Part shown: piece by piece, positions 1 to 18,639 of the stretch
How the letters are laid out: every line of letters starts with the position of its first letter
Numbering within the stretch: the first letter of the stretch is position 1
Assembly: GCF_002105155.1 (NCBI RefSeq)
Contig: NW_019028999.1
Coordinates: forward strand, 62,001-126,000
DNA: 64,000 nt
Direction: 5' to 3'
DNA from: Lobosporangium transversale
Lineage: Eukaryota
The notes under the pieces: generated by a model
What the model was told of the DNA's origin: nothing
The model's input: the letters and a program-made list of their open reading frames with translations, nothing else
The model's database searches: none
Translations under genes and position numbers: made by a program

Positions 1-965
1 AGTTTGATTACTCCGGCTGATGGTCTTTCAATATCCGTAACATCATAGCTGGAAGCAAGGGCCTTCCTGCAGGAGGACACCATCCACATGTACATTAAGA
101 TGGTTACTTCACACAAACAGAATGGCACATTGTTTGATTTTCATTCTTTGCCTCTCCACATTGACTTTCATTTTGTGTTTGCATTTGTTTATTTGACATG
201 AAAATGTATATAATGTGAGTGTGTACAAATGAGCCCTGTTAACTCGAAGAGACACAAGGGTATTTTTAACCGTCGCCGTTCTTAATGACTGCTGCTCTTC
301 CACCCTCTTATTCATTCAGTGCTCACTCACTGTGCTCACTTTTTTTATTGCTTTAATCCATTCTACCATCATTTCCTATGATGCGGTGCTTTATGTGAAT
401 GAAAGGTTCCCTTGACCAAATAATCCGCCTCAGTTAAACACCTCAAATAATAAAAATTCGTAAACATGAAATACGAAACGAGTGCTCTCACTTCGTAGAG
501 AAGTTGTCGAAAGAACCCATCGCTTTTTTGACTTTCCGCATTGCACATGGCAATCAAATTATAAATACCACGTTGTCGCGTCATAAAAGCCATTTGATGC
601 GATGTAAAAGCGCTGGTTACTTGGTCCGTGGAAGAAAAGGAGTCTGATTATGATCGAGAAAATACAGGCTTACTTTCAAGATGAAAAAAAAGGGCTCCCC
701 TTAACAGCCATGTCAATTTGCTTTTTGATAATTCATCTTGATCAAATCAAATTCGCCAGCATACCCCTGCCACGTCAAAAAGGTTGAATTGTAGTACAAA
801 CTCTCAGATTCAAATGATCATCTCATTTTCATTTCATTCGATCGCCTTCTCTTCATCTCTTCATCTTCTTCTTCTTTTCTACTTGCATTCGCTTTCGCTG
901 CCTCTTTTTTGACACATTTCCAACAAAGTGTTTGCCATCTCATACTCCAACATATCTTCTCTAAG

Positions 966-2425
966 ATGAAGGTCCTTGTTCTACTGAGCATATTGCTTGG
1001 TTTGTTCACTGCACTTGTAGCGGCCGGTGCAGACTACTATAAAGTTTTAGGACTCACTCGAAGCGCAACCCCAAAGGAAATCAAAAAACAATACAAAGCC
1101 TTGTCTAAAAAATACCATCCAGACAAAAACCCTGGCAATAAAGAAGCAGAAGAAAAGTTTGTCGAGGTTGCAGCAGGTAAACCACAGCAGAAGACATACT
1201 CATATTTTTTATATACCATATTGTGGCCATTATTTTCCATATTCTCTTTTATCTTTCCTTTTCTTTCTACCTTCACATTATTAATTACGTTAACGCTTCC
1301 TTATGAGCCATATAGCCTACGAAGTTCTCTCAGACAATGAAAAGAAGAGCATCTACGATAGGTACGGCGAAGAAGGACTGAAGCAGCATCAAGCCAATGG
1401 TGGCGGTGGTCATGGTGGCTTCCATGATCCGTTCGATATCTTTGCACAATTCTTTGGTGGCGGATCTAGACATCATCATCATGGAGAACAGGAGCGAAGA
1501 GGTCCCGAGATGCGATTGGAACTTGAGGTTACCCTGGAAGAATTGTATTCTGGAAACTCAATCGAGATTGAGGTTTCGAAACAGGTCATCTGTCCTCATT
1601 GCGATGGATCTGGCGCTAAATCGTCCGACAGTGTAGTCACATGCACAGGATGCCAAGGTCAAGGTGTCAAAGTTGTGAAACGTATGCTGGCGCCAGGCAT
1701 GTTCCAGCAGTTTCATCAAACGTAAGTAGGAAGGGAAAAAAGAAAAAAGCTTTACGAATATACCCACATCTTGATATACCATCCAGGAGATAGCTCAGGA
1801 GGCGATGATTTTCACGTATTTGTTGACAACGTTTGTCTTTCTATCTGATAGCTGTGACCAATGTGGTGGTAAGGGTAAGATGATCAAGGAACACTGTCCA
1901 GTCTGTCATGGCAACAAGGTCCAGCGCGGATCTGAACAACTGACCATTGTAGTCGAGCCAGGCCTGCCAGATGGTGCCACGATTGTCTTTGATCGGGAAG
2001 GAGATGAGGCACCAGAGATTGTGCCCGGCGACATTGTATTTGAAGTACGTACACGTCCTCATCCAGTCTTTGAGAGACGTCAGCATTCGCTTTATACCTA
2101 TGTTACCATCACGTTGGAACAGGCACTTCTTGGATTTGATCTGGAGATCAAGCATCTGGATGGTAAACCCATCCGGCTGACTCGAGGTGAAAGTGTAACG
2201 CCCTTTGGTTTTGTACAAACGTTGAAGGGTCAAGGAATGCCCATTCAAGGATCCAGAGGTGATTTTGGTGACCTGTTCGTAGAATATAAAGTCGAGTTTC
2301 CAGAAAGGCTGACAGAGGATCAAAAAACACTGTTGGCAACAGCTTTTGGCGTCAAAGCAGCCTTCCAGGAGAAGGCTTTTGGAGGCGAAGCTGCAAAACA
2401 ACAAGTCTTGCATGATGAGATGTAA
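966..2425 (+). CDS. SCJ1: ER-luminal type I DnaJ co-chaperone (Scj1/ERdj3-like); exons 966-1176, 1316-1721, 1852-2425
   Basis: Signal peptide [22 protein letters not shown]-domain with HPD; four CxxC zinc motifs ([32 protein letters not shown]); C-terminal HDEM; two GT-AG introns join the exons in frame. Confidence 0.92.
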
Positions 2426-2650
2426 AATGGCCCTTTCCCATGCTACCCTACTTTATCCCTATTACGATTCATGAAATAAATAATAGATAGACACTGGTTA
2501 ATAAATAGCTTAGGATGTATTAAAAAGCCCAAGAGCGAAAAAGACTTGCTTCGCCCATCATTTTAATTAATGAGTCCTTTCTTTTTCTCCCTTTCTTTTT
2601 TTTTGTGTGTGTGTATGTGATGTGTCACTGAATGCTTAGAGTCTCACTTC

Positions 2651-2688
<38 letters not shown>

Positions 2689-2830
2689 CTGGATCATCAA
2701 GGTTTCATCCCTTTCTCTACAATCTCTTTTTCAATGCCTGGTTAGTTACTCTGGTACTTCGCTCGACCAACAAATATCTTCTTTCATTCGATCAAGTTCT
2801 TCAATTTCACCCCACTCTCAGCCTGTCATT

Positions 2831-4231
2831 ATGAATTTTCAACGCCAGCGGGCGAGCTTTTCTGGAAATACCTATCCAGATCCAACTAGTGGTACCTATC
2901 GCTTAGACCAGCCTCAACATCAGCAACAGTACCAACCCCAATATCAGCAACAGTATCAGCCTCAACATCAACAACAGCAACCGCAACCGCAACAGCAACA
3001 GCAGCAACAACAACAACAGCAACCCCAGTTATCATCGCATCAACGCAGTAATAGTAATCTTCATAATCAGTCAATTATGCAGAGTCAACAGCCAATGTAC
3101 CCCGTTCTTGCTTCCATGAATCATCCCCCACCGCCGCTGAGGCATTACCATGATCCTGCTTTTACACATCACCAGCCTATGCAGCAGGCATACATGCATC
3201 TTTTACAGTCATACTGGGCAAGGCAGATGCATGAGATTCAAAATATGCCACAGGATTTCAAGGTTCATCACTTGCCATTGGCACGTATCAAAAAGGTTAT
3301 GAAGACAGATGATGATGTTAAGGTAATAAATGAACAACCAAAAAATAATGAACCTGTACATTGAATCTCCGAGATCTACTAATGGTTGTAATCTGCATAA
3401 ACTCTTAATATAGGCCAAAATGATTAGTGCTGATGCACCCATGATCTTTGATAAGGGCTGCGATATTTTCATTACCGAACTCACCCTTCGAGCATGGTAG
3501 AGAAACCTTCAGGCCTTTCCAAGGAAAAAATGTTTTTACATGAAACTAAAAAAAAAAAATCTCGTTTAATTATGACGCTTGTAGGATCCACGCTGAAGAG
3601 AACAAGAGACGGACGCTTCAAAGAAGCGATATTGCAGCAGCCATTGCCAAGACAGACATGTTTGATTTCCTAATCGACATTGTCCCCCGAGAAGAATACA
3701 AGTTCTCACTTCCTAAGGAGCACAAGTCACACCATGGAATCCACGGGATTCATGGCATTGCAAGTGCAGGTACTTCAGATCGCCGCCGAAGTCAGGAAAT
3801 ATTCCAGCCTATGCCTGGACCAGGAAGTGCTACGGGGCCAAAAGGACCATCAGGAGGGGTGGGTATAGGTAGTAGTGGTGTTGATCCCTCAACATCTAGT
3901 TTAGGACTGAGTGGGTATTATCCTTACGACATGATGGAGAATGGAGCATTTGCACTGGTAAGGAAGTAACTCTTGTTTACCTGATGGTCTGTGCTCTTTC
4001 CAATATTTGTGACCAAAACACAGCACTGACTTTTTTTTTTTTTTTTTTTTTTTTAAGGGACAAGATGCACAACTTCAAATGCCCTTTGTGGGCCAACAGC
4101 AAGTACACCCATCGTATCCTCAACAACAACAACAACAGCAGCAGCAGCATCAGCATCAGCAGCAACAGCACCAGCAACATCACCACCATTATCAACCGCA
4201 GCAGCAGCAACAACAGCGTTACGATTTTTAA
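2831..4231 (+). CDS. HAP5: CCAAT-binding factor subunit NF-YC/Hap5; exons 2831-3322, 3414-3496, 3585-3957, 4058-4231
   Basis: Spliced histone fold [83 protein letters not shown]-rich termini. Confidence 0.93.
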
Positions 4232-4658
4232 TAGATCATTTTTCTTAAATAAAAAAGACTTTCTACAATCTGGTCGCTTGCGTGGCTTTTGAATACATTC
4301 TTTTTATTTGCATCATTTGTTCAGTTGTTGTCCTCATTCATTCCCCACAATTTTGCAACTCACAGTCAGTCCATTCATAAAAGCTTGTCTCACTAATCTC
4401 CTTCATTCACTTTCTTGTCTCGTCTCTTCACTGCAGTTAAAAGTAAAACAGTAAACAGCGCTCTCATTTTCGGGATACAGGCGCGCAATGACGGCCCCCG
4501 ATTCTGACCCTCCAATATCGCCCCCAGCTAGCCCATTGTTCAGCCTGCCCAGAATACCATACTTCTTCACTATCACCCCTTACCCTTTATCTACCGTTGC
4601 AACAGCTGCCCTAAGCCTTCCTTCCTGTCACTCTGCACAACAACAGTCTCTTTTGCGG

Positions 4659-5631
4659 ATGAAACGTCGACACAATAGTTCAGACTCTGGTTACAGAGGT
4701 CTACATTACCCAGCAGATCATGTCAATGACACCGAAATACCAACATATGCTAGGCATGGGGGATATAATCGCCAACAGCAGATTCAGCCAGATGGACAGG
4801 AGGAATATATTGAGCCTATAGAGCCAGGAGCCGACAACATTGAAGGCCGTGTCTTGAAAAAGATGCGGGGCATTAAGCTTGACTCTGAGTAGGTCCTACT
4901 GCTTCCAACAGATAATCATTGGGGCGAGTGTCACGAAACACTCACTTTTATACATTGTTCATGGCTCTAGATCTCCTCCCTTGGACAACGTTGATACGCC
5001 AAATCAACAGATTAGTGGCAAATATCAACAGCAGTCAGACGTCTCAAGGATGATTAAAGTTTTTGGGCCTATCAAAATCTCAACTAGAGCCTCTGCAGCC
5101 AAACCTCCAGAATCCTTGTCTCAGACGAATATAATCGAGCCAGCTGCATACTCTGATATGAATAGTCTTCTTCATCAGATGCACGCTGCCCGTTTTGGGA
5201 TACCTTCAGACCTATCAGAGGACTCCGGACCGCCTTTAGATCCAACACAAGAGCAACAGCAAGTTTATCAACAGGATCAACAGAATCAGTATGAGTCTCA
5301 GCATCGTCTGCCAACGTCGAGGACATCATTTGCTTCAAATACAACATGGAATCAAACTCATAGATTTGTCCCAGTAAGTAGACAAGCTATAGAAGAGGAT
5401 GATGAGATGGTAGACGTACAGGAGATCAGTCAACAGAACAATGACTTTCAGCAGTTACCGACACAATATGTGCAACAGGGATACATGCTGGAGGACCAGT
5501 ATCACCATTTAGCGCAGCCAAGCAGCCAACAGCGACCGCAAGACGAACACATCAACAACTCCAGTGTATATCAAAACATCAATGCGCAGCTTCGTGCTGC
5601 TTTTCTTGCTCGTGCCGAGCGATATCGTTAA
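4659..5631 (+). CDS. Uncharacterised low-complexity protein of about 296 aa with two Y-x-x-[IM]-N-x-x-L helices (FAM104/VCF-like); exons 4659-4888, 4971-5631; upstream in-frame ATG at 4488 is an alternative start
   Basis: ORFs 4488-4892 and 4879-5631 join in frame through the intron GTAGGT...CTCTAG (4889-4970); basic N-terminus MKRRH. Confidence 0.7.
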
Positions 5632-8600
5632 ACTCGTGTTCTACTTGCACCATGGACTGGATCTAGCACAAATAAAATCGCGAGCTATTATAGTACGTGA
5701 TTCTATGCAACATGCCAAGCTGGACTGGATCAAACTCTTCTCTTCATACGGCCTCTATACTCAATACTTTTACTTTCTAAGTCGAAAAAGAACTGGAGTA
5801 CCATGTCCGCCCCATATTCATCACGACTATCTCTATTCCTCCGATTACTGCCTTCGTCCATTACAAAGAATGCCCTCATCACCATTATCATCACATCATA
5901 AAAAAAAAGGGCCATTCTCTCTGAGGCATGTCCGGCTTAGAAAGTTTTCAGCCAAAGTCTGGTTTTAGCCTGTCAGCGAACATTCGTGTATTACATACAT
6001 ACCATTTAGACTAGTGGCGAGTCTAGGAGCTGTGCCTTTCTTAGTAGGATACAGAACCATGTTAGTCATTGCGCAAAGATAGGCTCTCTCATGTGTCATT
6101 TATTAGAAAAGTATGCGTCAGTGAGCTTGAAAATACCCTTAGCCAAACTCAATGGACAGTGCATGGCTAGGCAGTAAGATTAATAGCTGAACAAGTAAGA
6201 GCTTTTAGTGAAATATATATTGAGTATTCAGATCAAATTCCATGTCCAGAACAAAGAAATCGTGCTTATTAGATTCTATTGCAGTATTGCAGAATAATAT
6301 TGAGACTCTGAGCCGACCGAACAATCTTTTCACAGATAGATCCGTCCCATACGCCATGTTAGACATAGCTGCGAGAAAAAAGGACTGTCTCATTACAAGT
6401 ATAGATGTCCATCCCTATGCTTAGGCACGGGTCGCTTGCTAGGGAAATGTCATGATTTGGATCCTTGGCCTGGAAGAAAGAGAGGCTTCACTTCAATCCA
6501 ATTACTTCAGCCTTCCTTAGTAGGTGGTAATCGGCCCTATATTGAAATTTATCAGAAGATATTGGGTTAGTATCGGTTTTTTTTCCTTCCGTAGATTGAT
6601 AGGGTGAGATGTCATCCTACCAAGCTCTCTTGCGGCAACAGATCATTCTACTGAAGCATTCATGTTTCGACTGCACTTATGTTTGTTTGCTTGCCTAACT
6701 TGGAGGGATAACGAATACAAATTTTGAACACACTCATTTTTTCAACAATATGATTTGTTCCATGTTGGGGATTCATATCAAATGTTGCTCTGATAGGCAA
6801 TGGAGGCATTAACTCGTAACCCATCCATCGAATTTTACTTTATTTACTGGGAAATGTGACTTGGGCAACTCGACACACTTCTTGGGCGTTCGCTTTGGCA
6901 ACAACAACGGTCGCCAGACGTTGTTTGGCTATGTATTTGAGAGATATGGATAGGGATGTGAAGGAATGAATTGAAGCTTACAATATAGAAGCAAGAATAG
7001 TGGGTGAGCATTTCAATTTTCATATCTTTATTAGTAAAGTCATAGAGGAATAATGTGTTTTAGTTGTTGTCTAGTCTTCTTAAGCATGTAAATATTCTAG
7101 TAAAGATCCATGACTTCTGCCCTGGACCGAGTGGCTGAGATATATTCCGGGATGTGGATGCGGTCCTCTACAGTCTAGTCGGTTGTACACTTGGAGACCC
7201 TAATGTATATAAGTTAATTCAAAGTGAGATGGGTGGCTCGTGGCTTTCTCACTGTCGCTCCGATGAAGTTCCTTGGACGATCTTAGATGATACACACACA
7301 AAATGAGAGCTGTCAGTATCAATGGCCCTATGCGAGGACCAAAATTTCCTGAACCGTTTCTCATTTTGTATGTGACCACTGATACCTGCGCGCCGCATTT
7401 TTTTGTCTCATTGTTTCTTGTTCTCTTTGTATGCAAAATCATAGACTGCTGGAACTGTGCAAGTAAGGCCCATTTTCCTCGCTCCGTTTCTTCAGTATTC
7501 TTATTGTGTTTCTTTCTCGTATAGAAGCAATTACTGTTGAGATGCTTCACTTCCTAAGCAGACTTTGTGTGCTATTTTTATTGTACCTTGAAAGGTCTCA
7601 ATTATATATTTTTCCACCTCTATATCCCCTATCTTATCTATTGATCTATTTGTCATAGTTGGTAATCACCGGTTTTATGGCCCTCTCAGAACCACGATTC
7701 TCCTACGCCGCTATCCGGGCAAAATTATTGAACAAAATAAATATATAGATCCTTCGATGAGCTTACTTGGGTACTGTTCTTTTATTAGGAATCTCAAACG
7801 ATACGAAGCTGTCCTCATCTTTCTGAGAGAAAATGCGCAAGCGACTTAAACTCCGACGACTCACTACCAACGAAGAAAGGCGGCTACTTCATTACATCGA
7901 CAAAATCAATACAAAGAGCAAGAGAAGACAAATATACATACATATACATACAAATGTATATAATATTGAGTATTTGATCGTCGAGATTTCTACGGCGAAC
8001 AACAGGGACTTCGGAGTTTGTAGAAAGTAAGGATCGATGAAATGAAGAGAAAGAAATTAGTCAAGTCAGGACTTCATGCTCTGGCGAAGATGTAAAGCTT
8101 AGATACTGATTACGAGCGTGGATTTAAATCTGGGTATTCGAAGACTGCGGTATTTACTATTTAGCAAGAGAGTATAGTATGCTCAGGGTCCAAAACCTCA
8201 AATAAATCAGACAAACGCCAGCTTGGGACCAAGGTTCGGAGAGGAAACGAAATTTCGAAGGACAATGAAGGGTCTAGTGCGTGATTGTGCAGACTGAGAA
8301 TAAAGTGGACAATAGTATCTAGAATAGTCTGCGTGTCCGTTAAGGTATCGTGTGAATGGTTTAGAATACTAATATATACAGCACTTAGTTTAATATGGGC
8401 TTGTCCATAAAGCCAGATTCAAATGTACTGGACCTTTTGATTGGATCGATAGAAATATGTAAACATTCAGTACTCATACCAAGGACGCCTTCATACATTC
8501 ATACAAGACCCCTAAGGGATGGATCTGGCAATTTTTCGCTCTTCTTTGCTGTTGTCAAGAAGGATGGGTTGTTTACATTGATTACACAAAAGGGAGAACG

Positions 8601-8918
8601 GAAAAAAAGGATTAAAAAAGCGAGGATTTGCCGGCCAATCAATGTTAATCTCTTTTGTCCAGACCCTGTGGAAGCAAAGGATAAACTGAAATCACTTCCT
8701 TTGATTTTTAATACATCAACCTTTCATGACTCCACGGCGCAGCAAATTCCATTTTATATAAGTATATCTCTATATATTTATTACTCACAGTAAGTGTCAT
8801 ATCATGTCATGTTGCTTTGATTTATTTTCTAATAATAATGATAGCACATGTATTGAATAACATTACGTTGATAATTCTGGCTACATATATAGCTTTCTTG
8901 TCATGTTTTCTAACGGCA

Positions 8919-8949
<31 letters not shown>

Positions 8950-9539
8950 GAAAAGACAAAAGAATAACCATGGAGCCACGAGTGTTATAGAGTTGATTTG
9001 TTGTTTATCGTTCTTTGGGTTTTGCTTTAGCGAAAATCTTATTTCGGATGTGGGAAATAAAAAAAAAAGAAAGATGGGACCTGAGCACTCGCAGTCTACA
9101 GGAAAACAAAAAAAAAAAGTGCCCAAAAGAGGCAAACATACACATGGGCGAATTTAATAGCGGCAAACAATGAAGACAGAATAATGACAACCTTCTAAAG
9201 AAGCATTCTCATTTTACGAAAGCATAAAAAATTACCTAGTTGCTCTACTCTTCTCTTCTCTGTTTCTTTTCTCTCCTTCTCTCTTCTCTTCATCTCTTAC
9301 TCTGATACCTCTTTCTTTTATTTTTATTATTTTTATTATTTTTTTTTGCCTTTTTTTTACAAAGAGGTTTATTGTGCCTTGATTTGGGGAGGATCTGATC
9401 TCCTTTATTTTTTCCTTCGCCTGCTTAATTTCCCCATTTCTCCATTCGAGTAGATTTTCATCCATTCTTGTTGGCACGTTTCAAATCAGCCCACCTTGCA
9501 CACATATCAGATATCCTTTTTCCCTCCTTCACTCGTACA

Positions 9540-14658
<5,119 letters not shown>

Positions 14659-14917
14659 AAAAAAAAAAAAAACCAACAACCCATATATATATCCTTCATC
14701 ATTGTGTCAAGAAAGCATTTTTATATAGCATTTGAGTAATTTATTCATCTCCACTTTGTCTCTATCATACACACATTTGTTTTTTCTATTTATTAGTTTG
14801 TTTCTGCATTTTACATAGTATCAGCAATAGATTCATTCACTACCAGATCAGACTGACAGCAATCAATTGTTTCGCTATATTCTTTTTTTTTTTTTTTTTT
14901 TTTTTGTTTGTGAAAAA

Positions 14918-16798
14918 CTATGCCCATGTTTCGCCCATGCGACTCTTGAGCCACTCAATAGATTCTCGGATCCCATCCCCATTTCCATCAGCCCTTGTAC
15001 TCTTGACGCACCAAGGTCGCGTCTTTGCTGTCGAAGCCGCTGTGGATGTGGATGATGATGATGTCGACAACTTGATCTTTTCGGACCATGAGCTTCGTCT
15101 TTTTTCACCATTCTTTTTGTCTACAGCGTTATTGTTTTTACTGTCATGAAGATCGGTGGGTCGAATGTCCCAATTCCCGCATCCCAAGATCTCTGCAATC
15201 TCATCTAGACGGTAGCATGTCTCTGGATCCGTGCCTGCCTTGTTTGCAAAAATCACCACTGGGATATCCTTGCGACTAAAGTGGGGATCTGCGATCAAGG
15301 AGGCCAAGAACTGACGTGCTCTTATCAAGTGATCGATCCCTCGAGGGTCATTTTTGCGAGTCGCATCCACAATATATACAATTCCATGCGCGAACGGGAA
15401 CCAGAACCGTTGAGCCAATGTCCTTGGGACGGGCCAAGTCGTGTCAAGTGAAAATGCGTGGATTGAAAGGTTGGTATTGGGGGAGGGTTTTTTCAGTTCT
15501 TGGTCGTAATGGTTGTCTTGCTGGGTATTTTGCTCTTTCTGTTGTCCTTGGGTATTATTGTAATCATCGGATCCAAGTAGCTCTGCTACTCCTTCTTGGA
15601 CTTGTCCTGAAGTCAATTCAGCTTCCGGTTCTGGTTGAACAATGCTACAGAATTCGTCACATCCTTCTTTGGAAAATCGGGTATTGGTGGATGTGGCGTC
15701 TGTTGAAATGATCGAGACCGTGTCGGAGTGACAGCAACTATCGGTTTCCCCATCTGTTGAAGACGAATCACTGAGCAAGACTTCTTCAGAACGCTCTTTG
15801 TTGCTGTTGTTGTTTTTGTTGATGAGGTAGCTATAAGTGCTGATGATATCATTCCTTCCCAAGATTTCGGATGCTGCCATAGATTCTGATGACCTTTTGT
15901 TTTGTTCTTCTTCTTCATCTTCTTCTTGCCCTTCTGAGGACGAGTCATAGGAATTAAAGTAAGCAACAAAAAAACCTGAAATCTCTTGATAGTGATGAAC
16001 CTTGGTGGCACCGGGTAAGAGACCCGACATCTTGTAGAGCGTACTCGCCAAAGGTGCAGAATCAGATCCTAGCACTAGGATATTGTATTGAGGTGATGCT
16101 AGTCGCGCTTCGGATCCTTCTTCTTCTGTTCCTACACTGAATGGTTTGGTACTCGATGCATTTGATGAAGTCGTTTCCGTTGAGGAGGCGGATGTGGATT
16201 CAAGAGATGTAGTGGAATTAGTGGAGCGAGAAGAATTGGTTGAGGTTTGGGTGAGCAACTGTGTGAGACTAGCCATACTATCTCGAAATGACTGAGCAAA
16301 GGATCGGCGCTTCTGAGTCTTGGGGGTGTCATCTTCTACTGTGTGGTTTGTGGGCCCGGGTGGGGAGAGTGTTTCTGTGGATAGGGAGGATGATGTGATT
16401 GTTGGCGAAGAGGGTTGGACATCGGTACTGGTACTATTGGTGCTACTGTTTAACTCTTTATCAGCTTGAGTAAGGTCCAACGCGAGAGTTTCAATATGAC
16501 TTTTTGTAGGAGACAAGGAGGGGGATCCTGTTGTGGGTGTTCCTCTTTTTTTAGAACTGATATCTTCATCTGAACATGAAGATGAGGTCTGTGCTTTTGT
16601 TGTTGGTGTCAGAATTGAGGGGTCTGGAGGAGTAAAGAAATCCCAGATGTTTTGACCGGGTGCAAGGCGATCCGCAATGATGTGGGTGAAAGAAAGGATA
16701 TCGTTTGTTGACTGGCGAGGCAACAGGAGCGGTTTTTTTCTCTCGAGGAACGTCTGTGCTGGAAGATCCTCTGGACTGGACGAGTATAATGCTGCCAT
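14918..16798 (-). CDS. Intronless 626-aa protein with a split, degenerate Arf-family GTPase domain (probable pseudo-GTPase)
   Basis: ATG at 16798 (MAALYSSSPE); Arf-like segments YNILVLGSDSAPLASTLYKM, HGIVYIVDA, IPVVIFANK, RPWCVKSTRADGNGDGIRESIEWL. Confidence 0.8.
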   Translation of the reverse strand: MAALYSSSPEDLPAQTFLERKKPLLLPRQSTNDILSFTHIIADRLAPGQNIWDFFTPPDPSILTPTTKAQTSSSCSDEDISSKKRGTPTTGSPSLSPTKSHIETLALDLTQADKELNSSTNSTSTDVQPSSPTITSSSLSTETLSPPGPTNHTVEDDTPKTQKRRSFAQSFRDSMASLTQLLTQTSTNSSRSTNSTTSLESTSASSTETTSSNASSTKPFSVGTEEEGSEARLASPQYNILVLGSDSAPLASTLYKMSGLLPGATKVHHYQEISGFFVAYFNSYDSSSEGQEEDEEEEQNKRSSESMAASEILGRNDIISTYSYLINKNNNSNKERSEEVLLSDSSSTDGETDSCCHSDTVSIISTDATSTNTRFSKEGCDEFCSIVQPEPEAELTSGQVQEGVAELLGSDDYNNTQGQQKEQNTQQDNHYDQELKKPSPNTNLSIHAFSLDTTWPVPRTLAQRFWFPFAHGIVYIVDATRKNDPRGIDHLIRARQFLASLIADPHFSRKDIPVVIFANKAGTDPETCYRLDEIAEILGCGNWDIRPTDLHDSKNNNAVDKKNGEKRRSSWSEKIKLSTSSSSTSTAASTAKTRPWCVKSTRADGNGDGIRESIEWLKSRMGETWA

Positions 16799-18601
16799 TT
16801 GGAGGAATTGACGGTTGTGTTGTGGATGGGCGGGATAAGTTCGTGACACAAACTTGATTGACAGACTGTTGTGCAACACTTGAAATAACAAAAAAAAAAA
16901 AAAAAAAAGTGGTTCCAACGATTGCTGTGTTGAAATGATGTGGTTTTGCTGATGAAGAATAATGAATGCAATGAACTGCAATGAATGTTTGGAAGAAAGG
17001 AAGAAAAAAAAAGACAGAAGTTGAGGGAGCGTAATTTTATTTATTTATTTATTTATTTTATGTTCCTTTACGCCTCTCCCTCGTTTATTTTTAATGTGTA
17101 CCTGTGTTTTACTTCAAAGTGTCGTTTTATTCCTCGCGCTCTTTCGTGATGACCTGAGAGATTTCCAGCAGTTTGGTGTTGGTGACCTAGTACCGATCGC
17201 ATAGCCAGACTCCTTTAGAAAAGTGAACAACCTTGACAATCTCATTCTCTTGTCAATTGCCAATATACGGCATACGGCCTGATTCCCCTGTAAAAAAAAA
17301 GAAAAAGAAAAAAAAAAAAAAAAAAAAGTAAGAGCATAATAAAAACTCAGGAGAATACCCGGATCTTTTTTTTTCTTTTCTTATTTTCAACAACGGTAAA
17401 ATAAAATAAAATAAAATAAAAAGATCGGCAACGAGTTGGCTGTACTTTTGGTCATAATCATTTTTTGTTGGTGATTCTGAACGAGTGTTCGAGATGGAAT
17501 GGCTTTTCGACAGTATCATACCATTCAAAGGTACTAAGGTACTCGAGGGTCACACTGACCTTGACCTTGCTCCCCTATTTCTCAAAAGAAAAAAAGCCAT
17601 AACCATGAGCAATCATTTCCCAAATGCTTTTTAAGAGCATAATCGTCATCACTACAGAAACTTTGTCGCGCTGGATTGTGCCTGGGTATGGTCAAATCGG
17701 TCTAGAGCACCAGAACTTTATTGCTCTCAGAAAAGGGGTCTGCGAACTAATGTTGTGTGTATATATGATTGTTTACATGAACATGTTACATGTTGCCTCT
17801 TTCAAATTCTCCCAGAACAACCGTAATCGTACCAGCTAGTTTCAAAACAAAAACAAAAAAAAATATGCATGCATTCTATCTTTGTAACAGTTTCGTTAGA
17901 CTCGGACTAGGATAATAATTTATTTTTATATATTTCTTGAATAATGTCAATGAAAATCACCATACCATTTCTTCATAAACATGGTTAATGAATATTATTT
18001 TAGCAGGTGCGGTTTACACGTTTCGGATCTCTACGCAATTAATCTGGTGAATTGATTTGTTAAAATCCATGCGGAAATAATTGCATTTCTCCCAAACATT
18101 GGGGAAGAGAAACCTCTGAAGACATGGAAGGAAAAAATAGCTTAAAGCTTTTAGGATGTCCTCTAATTCTGTTGAAAAAGTTGCAGCAACTCTGGGACGA
18201 CTAGGGAATATGGTTTGAAAGATATTCCAAGCATCTATTCTTTTATTGCAGTTCTAATTCAGAAAAAGTTGGTGGGTATTCATTTGATAAAAAAAAAAAC
18301 GTCGATTATATTGATAAAGAAGTGGGCTGTAGAATAGTGAACGTAAGACGGATTCATGTAGACCAGCTTCATTTTAGCAGAGCCATCGATAAATGAAAAA
18401 TGGCATGTCAAAAATCTACAGCAATTTTATCCTCCGGCGTCTTCCGTAGAATGTGCTAATGAATGATTATTGCGTTCAGCCACTCCGTCAGCTCAAGGAT
18501 GGGGCGTTGATCAATGTGTGGAGCTGCTTCAGCAATTGCAATCCCAAACCTAACCCTGATATCGTTTTGAATAAATTGAGAAAAGCAACTGAGCCAAAAA
18601 C

Positions 18602-18639
<38 letters not shown>

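Noticed and set aside
1..315. Possible 5' part of a minus-strand gene running off the window edge (ORF 109-315)
   Set aside because: No recognisable motif, and I could not find a splice that keeps an open frame
6000..9400. Short ORFs and protein-like fragments in the long intergenic region upstream of the ABC transporter
   Set aside because: No motifs, terminal repeats or consistent splice structure; no tRNA or snRNA signatures seen
16799..16981. N-terminal extension of the Arf-like ORF in the six-frame track
   Set aside because: It translates a T homopolymer (poly-Phe); ATG 16798 is the more plausible start
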